Program-made: the position numbers and the translations under genes
Sequence record: AP018932
Strand: one strand, 5' to 3'
Length of the DNA stretch: 64,000 nucleotides
Source: Escherichia phage KIT03
Shown: in pieces, positions 1-10,602 of the stretch
Numbering within the stretch: position 1 is the first letter of the stretch
How the letters are laid out: the number at the start of each line of letters is the position of its first letter
The notes under the pieces: model-generated
What the model saw: the letters and a program-made list of their open reading frames with translations, nothing else
Told to the model about the DNA's origin: nothing
Databases searched by the model: none

Positions 1-2178
1 TTAGGCCGCAAGGGCCTTCATAGTTTTAGCGATTTGGGAAACTTCATCATCACTTAAAGAGTTGCGATATCCGATGAAGTCGGAAACAATACGGAATTTC
101 TTGGTAAACTCAGCAACCATTTTATCACTGTTTTTTGAAGCATTATTTGATAATACATCAAAAAGATTAGTTACTGTCCAGATATCATGACCGATGGTAT
201 CTTTTCCACCATTAAAATATACACCACGCAATGAACTAACTATATTAGCGAGTCGTGTATATTCTTCAGAAACTTCATCTGTACTGAAGTACTTCATCAT
301 AAAATCTAGCTCAGGATACTTGATAATTTTATCAATATATCGTTGAGCTGAACTTGAATAACCTACATACTTATCATAATCTACATCATCAAAAGCATCT
401 ACATATAAATCACGCAAAGCTTCAAAAATACATTGGCACTGACCGAGTTCTTTTACCTTTTTCTGTAAAAGCGGACGAATAACATAAAATTCATTAATGC
501 CAATAAGATTAGCCATACGAATCAAAATATTCATAGATGGATGACAAAGTGATGTAGTACCATCCATAGAGAAAATATCAGAACGATGCATATACGCTAC
601 ATAACCAGTAATTTCATCTGCTTCTGACGTAAGTGTAAATAGTTCCTCTTTTTCCCATCGCCCATCTTTAATTTCAAATTTAAATGCTGTAGCAGCTTTA
701 GGACGAGGAGCTTTACTTTTAACTACCTTTGGAATATAGCTTTTAACTAAAGTTTCAATTTCTGACAGATAATGAATGTTAACTTCATCACTTTCAAACA
801 TTGCCATAATATCAGGTAGTAAATCAATCTGCGATTCTACTTCCGGATTAATAAACAGAAGACGCTCATTGTGATGAATATTCAAAGTGTTATTAAATTC
901 ACTATCATCTAGCGCATGTGCTAATCCACGGACAATATTAACACGATTTTTAATATTATCAATAACGATATTAATTTTTGTTGTATTAATACCAAACAGA
1001 CGATAACTTGATGCAACGGCTGAAGTTTCATGACTTTGCTTAATGCGTTTCAGTCGAGGGTCAAGATTTACTTCATACACCACGCCTGCATTACATAACT
1101 TACTGTCAGGTTCAAACATGCTCTGCATCTTTTTATATGACAGATTTTTAGTCGTGAATTTGACTGAATTACTAATCATATAATCTCGAGCAGAATACCC
1201 CATCTTCATCAATTCACGATATGTGTGACGGGGAGATGTAGATTCTTTAAATCGTTTTACATCTTCATTAAATGCTTTCTCACTAAGCTCTTTAACTCGT
1301 TCAATAATATTTTTACGAGTACGATCATCCAATGAAAGAGCTTCACGTGATGGAGCAATATCAAGTGAACCCATTGGAAACTTAATGTAATTCACTTCAT
1401 TGCGAATGCTTAGCCAGTTACGGTCTCTAATAACACCATCGATAGGATAAACAATACCACCATAGATAGCATATAATCCACCACGATCAGGCCAGTATCT
1501 TTCTGGATTTACACCGTAATAGTCATCAAAATCCGGAAAATAATCAATTTCACGGTCAAGACCATTAATAATAGCTAAATCTTTGAACGGTCGCATGATA
1601 TAAGAAACTTCATAAGCAAAGTTGCTAAAATCTTTTTCTTCAACTGGAACTACAATTTCAATACCAGTTTTATCATCTGGACCCATTTCTTTCACGAATG
1701 TAGGTTTAATTTGTGGACCATCGCCATCCATGTAAGCTACATAACCACGAATTTCACCTTTATGATACGAAGTAATACTAAATGTATCAGTATAACTAAA
1801 CGGAGATTTAGAACCTAAACCAAATCCGCCAATGAAATCGTTAGATTCAGCCTTAGATGAACTGAAGTATGAATTATACAAACCAGGAGAATTATCATCA
1901 CCCTGAATATCAAAATCACTCATACCCGGACCAAAATCTCGGCAAACAAATCGTGGATCTAAACGTCCAGGAACTTGAATGATAAATTTTTCAGGATTTC
2001 CATTGAGAGCATGGGCATCAATCATGTTGGTAATCAATTCACGAACAACTGCGCGAATTTTGTTTGTATACAAATCAGATGACAGAATTTTAAATACTTT
2101 AGGAGATGCTGTGATGCTAAATGCTTTTGATTTAGAACCATTACCAAGAATTGTTTCTTTTTCAGTGGTGATAATCAT
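1..2178 (-). CDS. rIIA: rIIA membrane-associated protein (725 aa)
   Basis: 725-aa ORF, same length as T4 rIIA as recalled; ATPase-like N-terminal motifs; stop codon at window pos 1-3; first gene of the T4-like early block. Confidence 0.88.
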   Translation of the reverse strand: MIITTEKETILGNGSKSKAFSITASPKVFKILSSDLYTNKIRAVVRELITNMIDAHALNGNPEKFIIQVPGRLDPRFVCRDFGPGMSDFDIQGDDNSPGLYNSYFSSSKAESNDFIGGFGLGSKSPFSYTDTFSITSYHKGEIRGYVAYMDGDGPQIKPTFVKEMGPDDKTGIEIVVPVEEKDFSNFAYEVSYIMRPFKDLAIINGLDREIDYFPDFDDYYGVNPERYWPDRGGLYAIYGGIVYPIDGVIRDRNWLSIRNEVNYIKFPMGSLDIAPSREALSLDDRTRKNIIERVKELSEKAFNEDVKRFKESTSPRHTYRELMKMGYSARDYMISNSVKFTTKNLSYKKMQSMFEPDSKLCNAGVVYEVNLDPRLKRIKQSHETSAVASSYRLFGINTTKINIVIDNIKNRVNIVRGLAHALDDSEFNNTLNIHHNERLLFINPEVESQIDLLPDIMAMFESDEVNIHYLSEIETLVKSYIPKVVKSKAPRPKAATAFKFEIKDGRWEKEELFTLTSEADEITGYVAYMHRSDIFSMDGTTSLCHPSMNILIRMANLIGINEFYVIRPLLQKKVKELGQCQCIFEALRDLYVDAFDDVDYDKYVGYSSSAQRYIDKIIKYPELDFMMKYFSTDEVSEEYTRLANIVSSLRGVYFNGGKDTIGHDIWTVTNLFDVLSNNASKNSDKMVAEFTKKFRIVSDFIGYRNSLSDDEVSQIAKTMKALAA

Positions 2179-2188
2179 AATTTCCTCA

Positions 2189-2392
2189 TTAATTCATATT
2201 ACGCTTAATAACTTCAGCAACTTCTAGTAGTTCATCTTTAGTTGCGGTGTCGGATTGAATTTTATCTCTAATATCTTTAAAGCGGTTTTTAAATTCTTCG
2301 GCTTCTCCCATATCGAAAAAGCGTTGAATGATTCTATATTCTCGATGAACTGCTTTATCAAAAAGTTCTAAATTTACTTTATATGATTTCAT
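2189..2392 (-). CDS. small hypothetical protein (rIIA.1 position), 67 aa
   Basis: ORF directly upstream of rIIA, early promoter immediately upstream at 2418-2447. Confidence 0.55.
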   Translation of the reverse strand: MKSYKVNLELFDKAVHREYRIIQRFFDMGEAEEFKNRFKDIRDKIQSDTATKDELLEVAEVIKRNMN

Positions 2393-2417
2393 TCCAATAT
2401 CCTCATTTGCCCAATTA

Positions 2418-2447
2418 ATTATACCACATCCTTGTGGTAAAGTAAAC
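2418..2447 (-). promoter_or_regulatory. T4 early-type promoter (GTTTAC -35, 18-nt spacer, TGGTATAAT extended -10)
   Basis: minus-strand reading GTTTAC-n18-TATAAT preceded by TG; plus-strand gtaaac at 2442-2447 and attata at 2418-2423. Confidence 0.6.
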
Positions 2448-4267
2448 TACTGGCTCATCCATTCTTTACGAAGGTCAGCATTATCTCCCATGAGCATTTC
2501 AAAAAGCTCTTTCCAGTTCTCAGGAAGTTTAACAACATCATATACTGGGTTTTGAATCATCTCACGATATTCAGATTTTTCCAAAGAGCCAAGTCCCTTA
2601 ATATAACGGATGCTATGTTTAGGTAGAGCATCTTTGGCACTCTCATATTCAGCGACTGTATAAAACCATTCTTGTTTTTTACCGACCTGAGCGATGATTA
2701 CAGGAGTTTTGACAAAGCGAATTCTTCCTTGTTCAAACAGTTCTGGCCAATTACTAAAAAATCCGAGCAGAGAAGGATAAATGCTTCCTAAACCATCATG
2801 GTCAGCATCGGTCATAATAGCAATATTATGATAATTCAAGTTTTCAGCTTTTTCACCAAGAACTAATCCAGTGATTGCGCAAATATCAAACAGTTCTTTG
2901 TTTTTAAGCATATCAGCATATGACATACCCCAACTGTTGAGAACTTTACCACGCAATGGATAACCACCATGAAGTTCTTTATCACGAACATCAATAAGAT
3001 ATCCGATAGCAGAATCACCCTCAGTCAAGAAAAGAGTAGTGTCAGCATCTTTACCGCAAAGATTCGCTTTGATATGTTTATGAACCTTAGCTTTAGAAGC
3101 CTTTTTAGCTGCTTTAGTTTCTGCTGCTTTTTCTGCTGCTAATTTACGTGCTAAAGCAGCTTCAATAATCGGCATTAAAATTGCTTCATTATTTAGAATA
3201 GCGCGTGAAATCTTTTTAGCATCAAGTTGAATATGACTACGAATTTCACCAAAAGGAGAAGTAAGTCGTTCTTTAGTTTGAGAATCAAATCGCATGTTTT
3301 TCATATCACGGACAAACATAACGATAGTCAAACATTCTTTGACACGTGCTTTAGTTACATCAATTTTGAACTTACGTTTGATTTGTGGAATAAGGTCTTC
3401 ACAAATATCATCCATAACACAGTCAATGTGATGGCCGCCATTCTTAGTGTGAATGTTATTCACATAAGTTAATTGACGAAATCCATCCGGTGAACGACCA
3501 ACCGCAATAGAACAATTTTCTTGTTCTTGAACAATAGCATGTTCATCATACTGCCGTGCATATTTCTTAAAATTGCCCTGAACCTTTTTACCATTAAAAG
3601 TAAATTGAATATCAGGATAAACAACAGCAAGTGTCTGGAGACGATCTAGTGTAATGTCAAGATAAACTTGGGACAGCTCATTAGTTTCAAATGACATAAA
3701 ATCAGGAATGAAAGTAACACGGGTTCCTTTCCATTTTCCTGGAATAGTTTCCCAGGATTTATTTTCCATGCCATTTGAACAACGAACTACAATATTATTT
3801 TGACCATCGCCAGTTTCACCGACAAACATCACAGAAAAAATGTTAGTTAAACTAGAACCAACACCATTCATACCACCGGTGACACGTTCTTTATCATCAC
3901 CAAAGTTACCACCTGCTTTTGGAATAGTCCATGCAGCAACAGGACCAGGAATTTCTTCACCGGTAGGTGTTTTAACCATTGCCTGTGGAATACCGCGACC
4001 GTTATCTTCAACTGTTACCTGATTATTTTTAATGGTAACATTAATTTTATTTGCGAATTTAAACTTAGTACGAATACCTTCATCGACTGAGTTATCGATA
4101 ATTTCATCAATAAGCTTAACAAGACCAGGTACATACTGAACACTTTCCCATTTACCAAACAGAAAGCGCTCATGCATTTCATTAGCAGAAGAGCCAATGT
4201 ACATGCCACTACGCTTTTTGATATGTTCAATATCGCTCAGAATTTTAATTTCATTCTTAATCATCAC
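2447..4267 (-). CDS. 39: DNA topoisomerase II large subunit, GyrB-like ATPase; single fused ORF covering T4 gp39 plus gp60
   Basis: 606-aa ORF with GyrB-type ATPase N-terminus and TOPRIM-like C-terminus; uninterrupted, unlike split T4 genes 39/60. Confidence 0.88.
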   Translation of the reverse strand: MMIKNEIKILSDIEHIKKRSGMYIGSSANEMHERFLFGKWESVQYVPGLVKLIDEIIDNSVDEGIRTKFKFANKINVTIKNNQVTVEDNGRGIPQAMVKTPTGEEIPGPVAAWTIPKAGGNFGDDKERVTGGMNGVGSSLTNIFSVMFVGETGDGQNNIVVRCSNGMENKSWETIPGKWKGTRVTFIPDFMSFETNELSQVYLDITLDRLQTLAVVYPDIQFTFNGKKVQGNFKKYARQYDEHAIVQEQENCSIAVGRSPDGFRQLTYVNNIHTKNGGHHIDCVMDDICEDLIPQIKRKFKIDVTKARVKECLTIVMFVRDMKNMRFDSQTKERLTSPFGEIRSHIQLDAKKISRAILNNEAILMPIIEAALARKLAAEKAAETKAAKKASKAKVHKHIKANLCGKDADTTLFLTEGDSAIGYLIDVRDKELHGGYPLRGKVLNSWGMSYADMLKNKELFDICAITGLVLGEKAENLNYHNIAIMTDADHDGLGSIYPSLLGFFSNWPELFEQGRIRFVKTPVIIAQVGKKQEWFYTVAEYESAKDALPKHSIRYIKGLGSLEKSEYREMIQNPVYDVVKLPENWKELFEMLMGDNADLRKEWMSQ

Positions 4268-4316
4268 TTATCCTCGTTTGGTTTCGGGAATATTATACTC
4301 CGGCATTCATAAAGCT

Positions 4317-4334
4317 AAAGGCCCGAAGGCCTTT
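4317..4334 (-). terminator. stable hairpin, UUCG tetraloop in mRNA (7-bp stem)
   Basis: plus aaaggcc-cgaa-ggccttt; immediately after stop of upstream ORF. Confidence 0.55.
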
Positions 4335-4603
4335 TATTTAAAACGAATAGTTGAATCCTTAAAGAACAGCCCAGAACATACTGTTCCTTCTACTTTCTGC
4401 CCGGTAGGTCCAACAGCACGAAATCCAGTATGTTGGAAATCATTTTCAGAGCAACCGAACCAGTTATATCCAGTGATTTCAATATTCGTAAAACCACTTG
4501 ATGATAAAATTTTAGTTGCATTATCAGCATCAGTACATCCTACTAAAAATACTGCTAATACTAATGCTGCGATAGAACGATTAACATATTTCATAATTTT
4601 CAC
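4334..4603 (-). CDS. predicted lipoprotein (signal peptide with LVGC lipobox), 89 aa
   Basis: N-terminal hydrophobic segment followed by Cys; RBS; position equivalent to T4 39.1/39.2. Confidence 0.55.
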   Translation of the reverse strand: MKIMKYVNRSIAALVLAVFLVGCTDADNATKILSSSGFTNIEITGYNWFGCSENDFQHTGFRAVGPTGQKVEGTVCSGLFFKDSTIRFK

Positions 4604-4974
4604 TTAAATTTAATGGCTTGAAGAAGACTAATAATTCTCAAACGGCTTCTTTCATCTTTAACTGTAAAAGAAAGAGGGTCGCCAGATTTCATAGTAATAG
4701 TGCATTCAAAATCAAAATCTTCTGTGACTTCTTCGAAGAAGTCAAATTCTTCATCATAAATTAGAACACTACTTTGCAGACTGTGAAGAGTTTTTCCAGC
4801 ATTTCTGCTAACTGCTGTACTAATCATTGTAACATTATGACCTTTCATATCTTCAACGATAAATTCACTAGTCAATATTACAGCATTAATAGAACTATTC
4901 CTATTACTAGCAGAAAGTAGAAATTTCTTTTCTTCGCCTTCGCGAATACGATACTTCTTACCAATTTTAAACAT
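4600..4974 (-). CDS. hypothetical protein, 124 aa
   Basis: ORF with ATGA stop/start overlap to downstream gene. Confidence 0.5.
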   Translation of the reverse strand: MFKIGKKYRIREGEEKKFLLSASNRNSSINAVILTSEFIVEDMKGHNVTMISTAVSRNAGKTLHSLQSSVLIYDEEFDFFEEVTEDFDFECTITMKSGDPLSFTVKDERSRLRIISLLQAIKFK

Positions 4975-4976
4975 AA

Positions 4977-5153
4977 TTACCCTTTAAGTAAGTCGTAAAA
5001 TCCACCATTCACATGCTTAGGAGCAGAAGGCCGACGAGTAGACAAACGATGACATTTAGGACAAACATCATTTTCTCGTTCAGAAATCTTTTTAATTTTT
5101 TCATATTCATGCCCGCAATCTTCGGATTGGCATTTATAATCATACATTGGCAT
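4977..5153 (-). CDS. small zinc-ribbon protein (two CxxC pairs), 58 aa
   Basis: translated by hand: MPMYDYKCQSEDCGHEYEKIKK...VCPKCHRL; not in ORF track (<60 aa); tightly packed between flanking genes. Confidence 0.5.
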   Translation of the reverse strand: MPMYDYKCQSEDCGHEYEKIKKISERENDVCPKCHRLSTRRPSAPKHVNGGFYDLLKG

Positions 5154-5155
5154 AA

Positions 5156-5581
5156 TTATTCCTTAAAATGTGCTTTCAGCATCTGATACAAAGACCATGC
5201 CTGTTCATTATTTTCAATAGTAACTTTCATGACCGGGAATTCTGTGAAATCTTCTATTTGTTCTTGCTCTTTCTCTTCCTGCTCTTGCTCTTCGGCTGCC
5301 TGGTATGGATTTTCCACTTCATCAAAGAACGCAGCTTCGCTCGTTGAAAGCCAGATAAAATCTTCATCCAAAATATCTTTACCAGAAGATAACGCCAATT
5401 TTCCACTAGATGTCACAATTTTAGTAGGACGACCAAGATAGTCAATATCTGTAACTCTAAAAGGTTCCATACCAAGACGACGTGCATAAATTCCATTTTC
5501 AGTATGGTCCTTGATAAAATTTTCTTGAGCTTGTTTATTTTTAAATTGATACCATTTATTAACTTCAAATTTAGTAGCCAT
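5156..5581 (-). CDS. hypothetical protein, 141 aa; possible goF homolog by length and position
   Basis: 141 aa equals recalled T4 goF length; acidic [11 protein letters not shown] stretch. Confidence 0.5.
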   Translation of the reverse strand: MATKFEVNKWYQFKNKQAQENFIKDHTENGIYARRLGMEPFRVTDIDYLGRPTKIVTSSGKLALSSGKDILDEDFIWLSTSEAAFFDEVENPYQAAEEQEQEEKEQEQIEDFTEFPVMKVTIENNEQAWSLYQMLKAHFKE

Positions 5582-5796
5582 TAATAAGTTTCCTTCCAGT
5601 AAGTTGTGCCATCTTCAGTAATTTCACGAAATACACCGTAAATTGGTTGTTTATCGCCGACTTTCTCATACACATAAACCGAAGTCAAGTGAGTAAACTT
5701 AGCAGTGTGTTCCTTTTGAACTACTACCAAATATGGATCAAATAATACATCTTCAAATTCGTCATTAGTGCAATTCTGAACAATTTTACGTTTCAT
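5581..5796 (-). CDS. hypothetical protein, 71 aa; possible cef homolog by length and position
   Basis: 71 aa equals recalled T4 cef length; overlapping stop/start with upstream gene. Confidence 0.45.
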   Translation of the reverse strand: MKRKIVQNCTNDEFEDVLFDPYLVVVQKEHTAKFTHLTSVYVYEKVGDKQPIYGVFREITEDGTTYWKETY

Positions 5797-5809
5797 TACA
5801 ATTTCCTCA

Positions 5810-6079
5810 TTAATTGAACAGTGGAGCGATGCGTTTCAGAAGAGTAGCAGCACCTTTAGCGAATTTTACATCATGAAAAACAGTTTCTTCTTCCGTTACA
5901 ACACGAGCTTTAATGTTTTCACAATCCCAATTTTTGCGAACAATCTTCAAAAGCTGCAGTAAATCTTTGCATTCAGCAATATCGATAACACATCCACGAG
6001 AATCTTCCATTATCGCACGATAACCGTAAGCCATACCATAATCGTTGAAAGATTGTTCGATGATAATTAAGTTTTCCAT
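5810..6079 (-). CDS. hypothetical protein, 89 aa
   Basis: ATG at 6077-6079 preceded by GGAGAATAAA leader shared with two other genes; ORF-track start at 6091 is a TTG extension. Confidence 0.5.
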   Translation of the reverse strand: MENLIIIEQSFNDYGMAYGYRAIMEDSRGCVIDIAECKDLLQLLKIVRKNWDCENIKARVVTEEETVFHDVKFAKGAATLLKRIAPLFN

Positions 6080-6122
6080 TTTATTCTCCAAGTTGTTTTC
6101 TGTATCAGTAGTTGATATTGAT

Positions 6123-6152
6123 ATAGTACCATAATCAACTACTGATGTATAT
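6123..6152 (-). promoter_or_regulatory. probable early promoter (TGGTACTAT extended -10; -35 poorly matched)
   Basis: -10 and leader nearly identical to promoter cassettes at 25398 and 52555. Confidence 0.35.
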
Positions 6153-6176
6153 AGTTTTATGAAAAAATTTTAAACT

Positions 6177-6674
6177 TTATGCACAGCGAGCTTTGCTATA
6201 GTGTTTAATCCAACTTTCAGGAATGACTTTGTATGTTCCTAAAAATACCGCGTTGTACAACTTAACGCCATCTTCTACCCACTGATCGGTGATGTATGCA
6301 CACATAGCGCGAGTACGGTGTTTTTGAACAACCCCTTCCTCATCTTCAGTAAATTCGAATTCATAAGGAGCAACGAACTTAATAGCTTGACCGAGTTTCC
6401 ACTTAAAGTCTACACCTACGTGCGAAGTATCAATCGTTTCAATTCCTTTAGCAGGAACAGCTTTCAAAAACGCAGACTCAAGAAATTTCGCACGAACATA
6501 GCCAAACTGAGGTTTAGATTTTCCATCTTTAGGAATGATACGCACTTTTACTTCAGAATCTTCATCTTTAACACCGTGTTTAAGCTGAATGCTTACAATT
6601 TCGACCAATTTTCCTGCTGCTTTAGAACGGGATTTATCAGATACACGAGCAATTTCACCAATATTAATAATCAT
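6177..6674 (-). CDS. hypothetical basic protein, 165 aa; possible MotB-like; paralog of next gene
   Basis: C-terminal ITDQWVEDGVKLYNAVF resembles VTDQWFEDGVELLNVVH of 6751-7287. Confidence 0.5.
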   Translation of the reverse strand: MIINIGEIARVSDKSRSKAAGKLVEIVSIQLKHGVKDEDSEVKVRIIPKDGKSKPQFGYVRAKFLESAFLKAVPAKGIETIDTSHVGVDFKWKLGQAIKFVAPYEFEFTEDEEGVVQKHRTRAMCAYITDQWVEDGVKLYNAVFLGTYKVIPESWIKHYSKARCA

Positions 6675-6750
6675 AGTTATCTCTCACTTGTTAAAAAGAT
6701 TTTATACTCCACGGGACCAGAGTATAATGGTCCCAAGAGTTTGTAAACTA

Positions 6751-7287
6751 TTAATTTAAAATAGCTACCACCGCACTACGAGGTACTACACTAAAATCAC
6801 CTGCATGAACAACGTTCAGAAGTTCAACACCATCTTCAAACCACTGGTCAGTTACCCAACCACAGACCGAAATAAATGGAGTCTTGATAGCTACCGCATG
6901 AGTTAGAAGGTCAGTAGGATCGCATTCTTGAAAGAGGATGAACTCTGCTTCATAAACCAGGATTTTCTCTATTTTGTTATTGTCTAAACGACGACCGTGG
7001 ACAATATAAGATTTAGTAAACCATTTACTTTTTTCAAAATCTTCAACAATAAATTCGCCTTCGCCAAAAACATCAGTCAGAGTTTTATGGCCGGAAATCA
7101 AGGCATTAGTTTTAATTTCAGGTTCAACCAGTTTGTAGGTTTTGCCAATTTCGATGGTCCGAGCAGTCATAAATGTTTCCTTAATTTCTAATGGTTTAAC
7201 AAGGGTGCCGTACATGCTTGCTATATCCATATCAAACGGTTTATCTACAGGATTCGGTGTGTATTTAGGATTATAATTAAATTTCAT
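6751..7287 (-). CDS. hypothetical protein, 178 aa; paralog of 6177-6674
   Basis: shared C-terminal motif with neighbour. Confidence 0.5.
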   Translation of the reverse strand: MKFNYNPKYTPNPVDKPFDMDIASMYGTLVKPLEIKETFMTARTIEIGKTYKLVEPEIKTNALISGHKTLTDVFGEGEFIVEDFEKSKWFTKSYIVHGRRLDNNKIEKILVYEAEFILFQECDPTDLLTHAVAIKTPFISVCGWVTDQWFEDGVELLNVVHAGDFSVVPRSAVVAILN

Positions 7288-7289
7288 AA

Positions 7290-7802
7290 TTATTTCATTT
7301 CAATAAAATCTATGAGTTCAGCATGCGATTTGCGGAACATTACTTGGTGCCCGCCAATGATAACTTCATCTTCAGGAACTTCATAAATCGCAATGTACAT
7401 TCCACGATCTTTTAAGTCTTCACGCTCTTCTCGGGTGAACCATCTCATCATATCATATTCACTAGCGAAAGCAAAATGATATAATGAAATAAGCCACAAT
7501 GGAATATAATTTTCAAATTGTGAATAATCTTTATTCCATTTAGTTTTAATAGCATCATTAGCATTTTCAACTAATAACTTATCATCGTGTGGAATAGGAA
7601 TACTTTCATGGCTTTCATAATTATCGCTATGATGATGAAATGACGATGAATTAATACCGCAAAATTTTAGCCAAGTTCGAGTTTTCATAGAATCAAATCC
7701 ACGATAAGGAGTTGATTGAACGCATAACTCTTGCCTAATTTTCACTATACCACTATCATCATTTAATGCGCTAAACGATGATTCAACACGATAAATTTTC
7801 AT
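7290..7802 (-). CDS. hypothetical protein, about 170 aa
   Basis: start moved to ATG at 7800-7802 (GAGGA RBS) because ORF-track start 7841 lies inside the promoter. Confidence 0.5.
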   Translation of the reverse strand: MKIYRVESSFSALNDDSGIVKIRQELCVQSTPYRGFDSMKTRTWLKFCGINSSSFHHHSDNYESHESIPIPHDDKLLVENANDAIKTKWNKDYSQFENYIPLWLISLYHFAFASEYDMMRWFTREEREDLKDRGMYIAIYEVPEDEVIIGGHQVMFRKSHAELIDFIEMK

Positions 7803-7829
7803 TTTATTATCCTCAGTAGCTATGGTGTT

Positions 7830-7859
7830 ATAGTACCACAACTAACCGAGGAAGTAAAC
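7830..7859 (-). promoter_or_regulatory. T4 early-type promoter
   Basis: GTTTAC-n18-TACTAT with TG extension. Confidence 0.55.
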
Positions 7860-7865
7860 AACTTT

Positions 7866-8549
7866 TTATCGTTTTGTTGGAAGAGATAGAGGATCGCATT
7901 CTTCCTCTGATGGAGCATCTTCAAGACCCATAGCATAACGCAAAGCATACTTCATCATCAGGATGTCTTTCGCACAGTCATGAATAGAATCATGCGCAAC
8001 GAATCCATCTAAAGTTCCTTTTGGAAGAGGACACGTGGTCATATCACGAACAAGGAGAAGTGCTTCAATTCTGGTACGAATATCACGCTGATTCCAAAAT
8101 TTACAAGGTTCTAACTTAAATGTATCAAGCTCATTCTCGGAAACGCCGTTAAGACGTTGAATATCGCGAATGAGATCGACTAAAATTGGAAAATCAAACG
8201 ACATTCCACGGCACCAGCCTTGAGATTTCCAAGGATCGATATTATGCGCATTGATGTAATCGTTGAATTTTGCAATACCATCAATGGTGCTTACATCTTC
8301 ATCGGATGGTGCAATATTTTTTCTAGCTTCAGGCGATTGATTTTTCCACCATTCAATAGTGCTTTTAGTAAAAAGACGGTGTCCTTTTTGACTTTTTAAG
8401 TCAAATTTAATTTTAATGCCACGTGAAACTAGTTCATCGAATGTTTCAACAACTTCTGGGTTAGGGTCAAAAGCAATTACAGCCAAATCAATAACAGCTG
8501 CTTTTTCACCACTTCCCATCGTTTCAAAATCTATAATAAAATCAAACAT
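7866..8549 (-). CDS. dexA: exonuclease A, DEDDh 3'-5' exonuclease
   Basis: 227 aa equals recalled T4 DexA length; N-terminal DFET exonuclease motif. Confidence 0.8.
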   Translation of the reverse strand: MFDFIIDFETMGSGEKAAVIDLAVIAFDPNPEVVETFDELVSRGIKIKFDLKSQKGHRLFTKSTIEWWKNQSPEARKNIAPSDEDVSTIDGIAKFNDYINAHNIDPWKSQGWCRGMSFDFPILVDLIRDIQRLNGVSENELDTFKLEPCKFWNQRDIRTRIEALLLVRDMTTCPLPKGTLDGFVAHDSIHDCAKDILMMKYALRYAMGLEDAPSEEECDPLSLPTKR

Positions 8550-8791
8550 TAAACTTTCCTCGCTAAATCGCGAATTTGACCTACAGTATAATCTTGGATA
8601 TAAACTTTATTAATAGGCTCATCAATAAATTTTGCCATAGATTCAATATCTTTTTGTATCTCTTCAAGACTGTATACTATCTTTAAAGCTTTTTCGCGAA
8701 TAGTAATATTTTCAGGACTAGAATTTTCCTCAATGACAGCTTTAACATTTGTCATAAGAGATTTAAACTGATACCAACTTAATTCAATCAT
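8549..8791 (-). CDS. hypothetical protein, about 80 aa
   Basis: internal Met chosen to avoid 56-nt overlap with upstream ORF. Confidence 0.4.
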   Translation of the reverse strand: MIELSWYQFKSLMTNVKAVIEENSSPENITIREKALKIVYSLEEIQKDIESMAKFIDEPINKVYIQDYTVGQIRDLARKV

Positions 8792-9044
8792 TAATAACCG
8801 CCTTATAAAGATGGTTAATTTCACCCAAAATATAATCACTGATTGTGACAGTTTTCACTTCGCCGCAAAAGAATTCTAACGCAATCAAATCTCGTTCAAT
8901 TTCTTCTAATTGAAGCATTAACTTGCCTGATTCAATTTTCACGTTTTTGCGATTTTTACTATAAGCTATTTCATAAATTTCGCTCACTTTATCTTGAAGC
9001 AGATAAAACTGATCTTTAGTTATTTCCACGAATAGCTTCCTCAA
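8784..9044 (-). CDS. hypothetical protein, 86 aa
   Basis: ORF in dexA-dda interval. Confidence 0.45.
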   Translation of the reverse strand: MRKLFVEITKDQFYLLQDKVSEIYEIAYSKNRKNVKIESGKLMLQLEEIERDLIALEFFCGEVKTVTISDYILGEINHLYKAVIND

Positions 9045-9276
9045 ATTTAATCAGCAGCTTACAGACACTTTCATCTAGCGTAATTACCGTGTCTGTATTA
9101 CTGTGATATGATTGTTTTTCAATTCGTTTAATTGCTAGTATAGTATCACTTATAAGATAAAGCTTATGAAGGAGCTCAGCTCCTGTTACCATAACATCGA
9201 GATTATCTTGCTTATCAGTATGCTTCCTTATACCATCTATTAGACGATTTAAATATTTTGAATTGATGTTAATCAT
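9016..9276 (-). CDS. hypothetical protein, 86 aa
   Basis: ORF in dexA-dda interval. Confidence 0.45.
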   Translation of the reverse strand: MININSKYLNRLIDGIRKHTDKQDNLDVMVTGAELLHKLYLISDTILAIKRIEKQSYHSNTDTVITLDESVCKLLIKFEEAIRGNN

Positions 9277-9282
9277 ATAGCC

Positions 9283-10602
9283 TCACACATAAAACACATC
9301 ATAACGACCACGTGTTACACCAACATAAAGAAGCTGCTGAGCTAGTTCAGCATCTGCATAATGAATACAAGGCGTATAAATGAAAGCACGGTCTACAGAC
9401 ATACCCTGAGCTTTATGGAATGTTGATGCAGGAAGTGCTTTCACTTTACTGAACTGTGATTTAGCATCCCAAAAATCACTCCATGGAGCTTTTCCGCCTT
9501 TGTTCCAATTTTTATAAGTTTCTGCCGTTTTACCTAAAAATAGGTTAAACTTATATAGCTCTTCATCAGATGAAATTATTTTAATCTTTTCACGATAATA
9601 TTCATCATCGCCGTAAGTTTCTACTGTTAAGTCCCAATGACGAATTAGATATTCTCCAGGAACACCACGAGCTTTAACAAACGTTGATGTATACTCTGCT
9701 TCTATAATACGAACTAATTGTCCGTTATTAAAAATAATTTCTGATACAGGCTTTCCATCAATTTTATATGTTTTAATTAACGGTTCTTGCATTACAATAA
9801 TTTCACCAACGATAAAATCTTTATCAGTTTCAAAAATCTTTTTGCGAATAATATTGTTTAACTTATCAACAGATTTATTCGTAAATGCCATTACGCGATT
9901 TTCAAACAAATCATCTAGTGATTTGACGATTGAAAAATAATTTACCATAAAATCGCGTAAAGCGGTATCACCAATAAATCCACGTACTCCATGCCCGTCA
10001 ACAACTTTATCATAAATCCACTTACCGTTGCGAACATCAGTAGCTACATCAATAATAGGAGCATTACTGCGTTTAACTTCAGTGAGTTCACACTGATAAA
10101 AATCTTTGTGTGTAAAGAATGGACTGATATAAGCAGTATTTTCTCCTGGGTCAACAGGTCTAATTTGCTTATTATCGCCTATTCCAATTATAGTACACCA
10201 CGGTGGGATAGTTGAAAGCAAAATTTTGAAGAGCTTTCTATCATACATTGACACTTCGTCGCAGATTAATACCCTGCATTTAGCTAAATCTGGTACTTCC
10301 TTCTGTTCAAAAAGAACGTTTTCTTCATATGTTACTGGGTTAATTTTAAGAATACTGTGAATAGTACTCGCTTCTTTCCCCGACAGTTTTGAAAGAATCT
10401 TTTTAGCTGCATGTGTAGGAGCTGCCAAAATGATACCAGTTTCGCCCGTAGATATTAAAGCTTCAATGATGAACTTAGTAAGAGTAGTCTTACCAGTACC
10501 AGCAGGTCCATTAATAGTTACATGATGTTTCTTTTCTTTAATAGCCCTCATAACGATGTTAAAGGCATTTTTCTGACCTTCGGTCAAATCATCAAATGTC
10601 AT
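9283..10602 (-). CDS. dda: Dda DNA helicase (SF1)
   Basis: 439 aa equals recalled T4 Dda length; Walker A GPAGTGKT. Confidence 0.88.
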   Translation of the reverse strand: MTFDDLTEGQKNAFNIVMRAIKEKKHHVTINGPAGTGKTTLTKFIIEALISTGETGIILAAPTHAAKKILSKLSGKEASTIHSILKINPVTYEENVLFEQKEVPDLAKCRVLICDEVSMYDRKLFKILLSTIPPWCTIIGIGDNKQIRPVDPGENTAYISPFFTHKDFYQCELTEVKRSNAPIIDVATDVRNGKWIYDKVVDGHGVRGFIGDTALRDFMVNYFSIVKSLDDLFENRVMAFTNKSVDKLNNIIRKKIFETDKDFIVGEIIVMQEPLIKTYKIDGKPVSEIIFNNGQLVRIIEAEYTSTFVKARGVPGEYLIRHWDLTVETYGDDEYYREKIKIISSDEELYKFNLFLGKTAETYKNWNKGGKAPWSDFWDAKSQFSKVKALPASTFHKAQGMSVDRAFIYTPCIHYADAELAQQLLYVGVTRGRYDVFYV

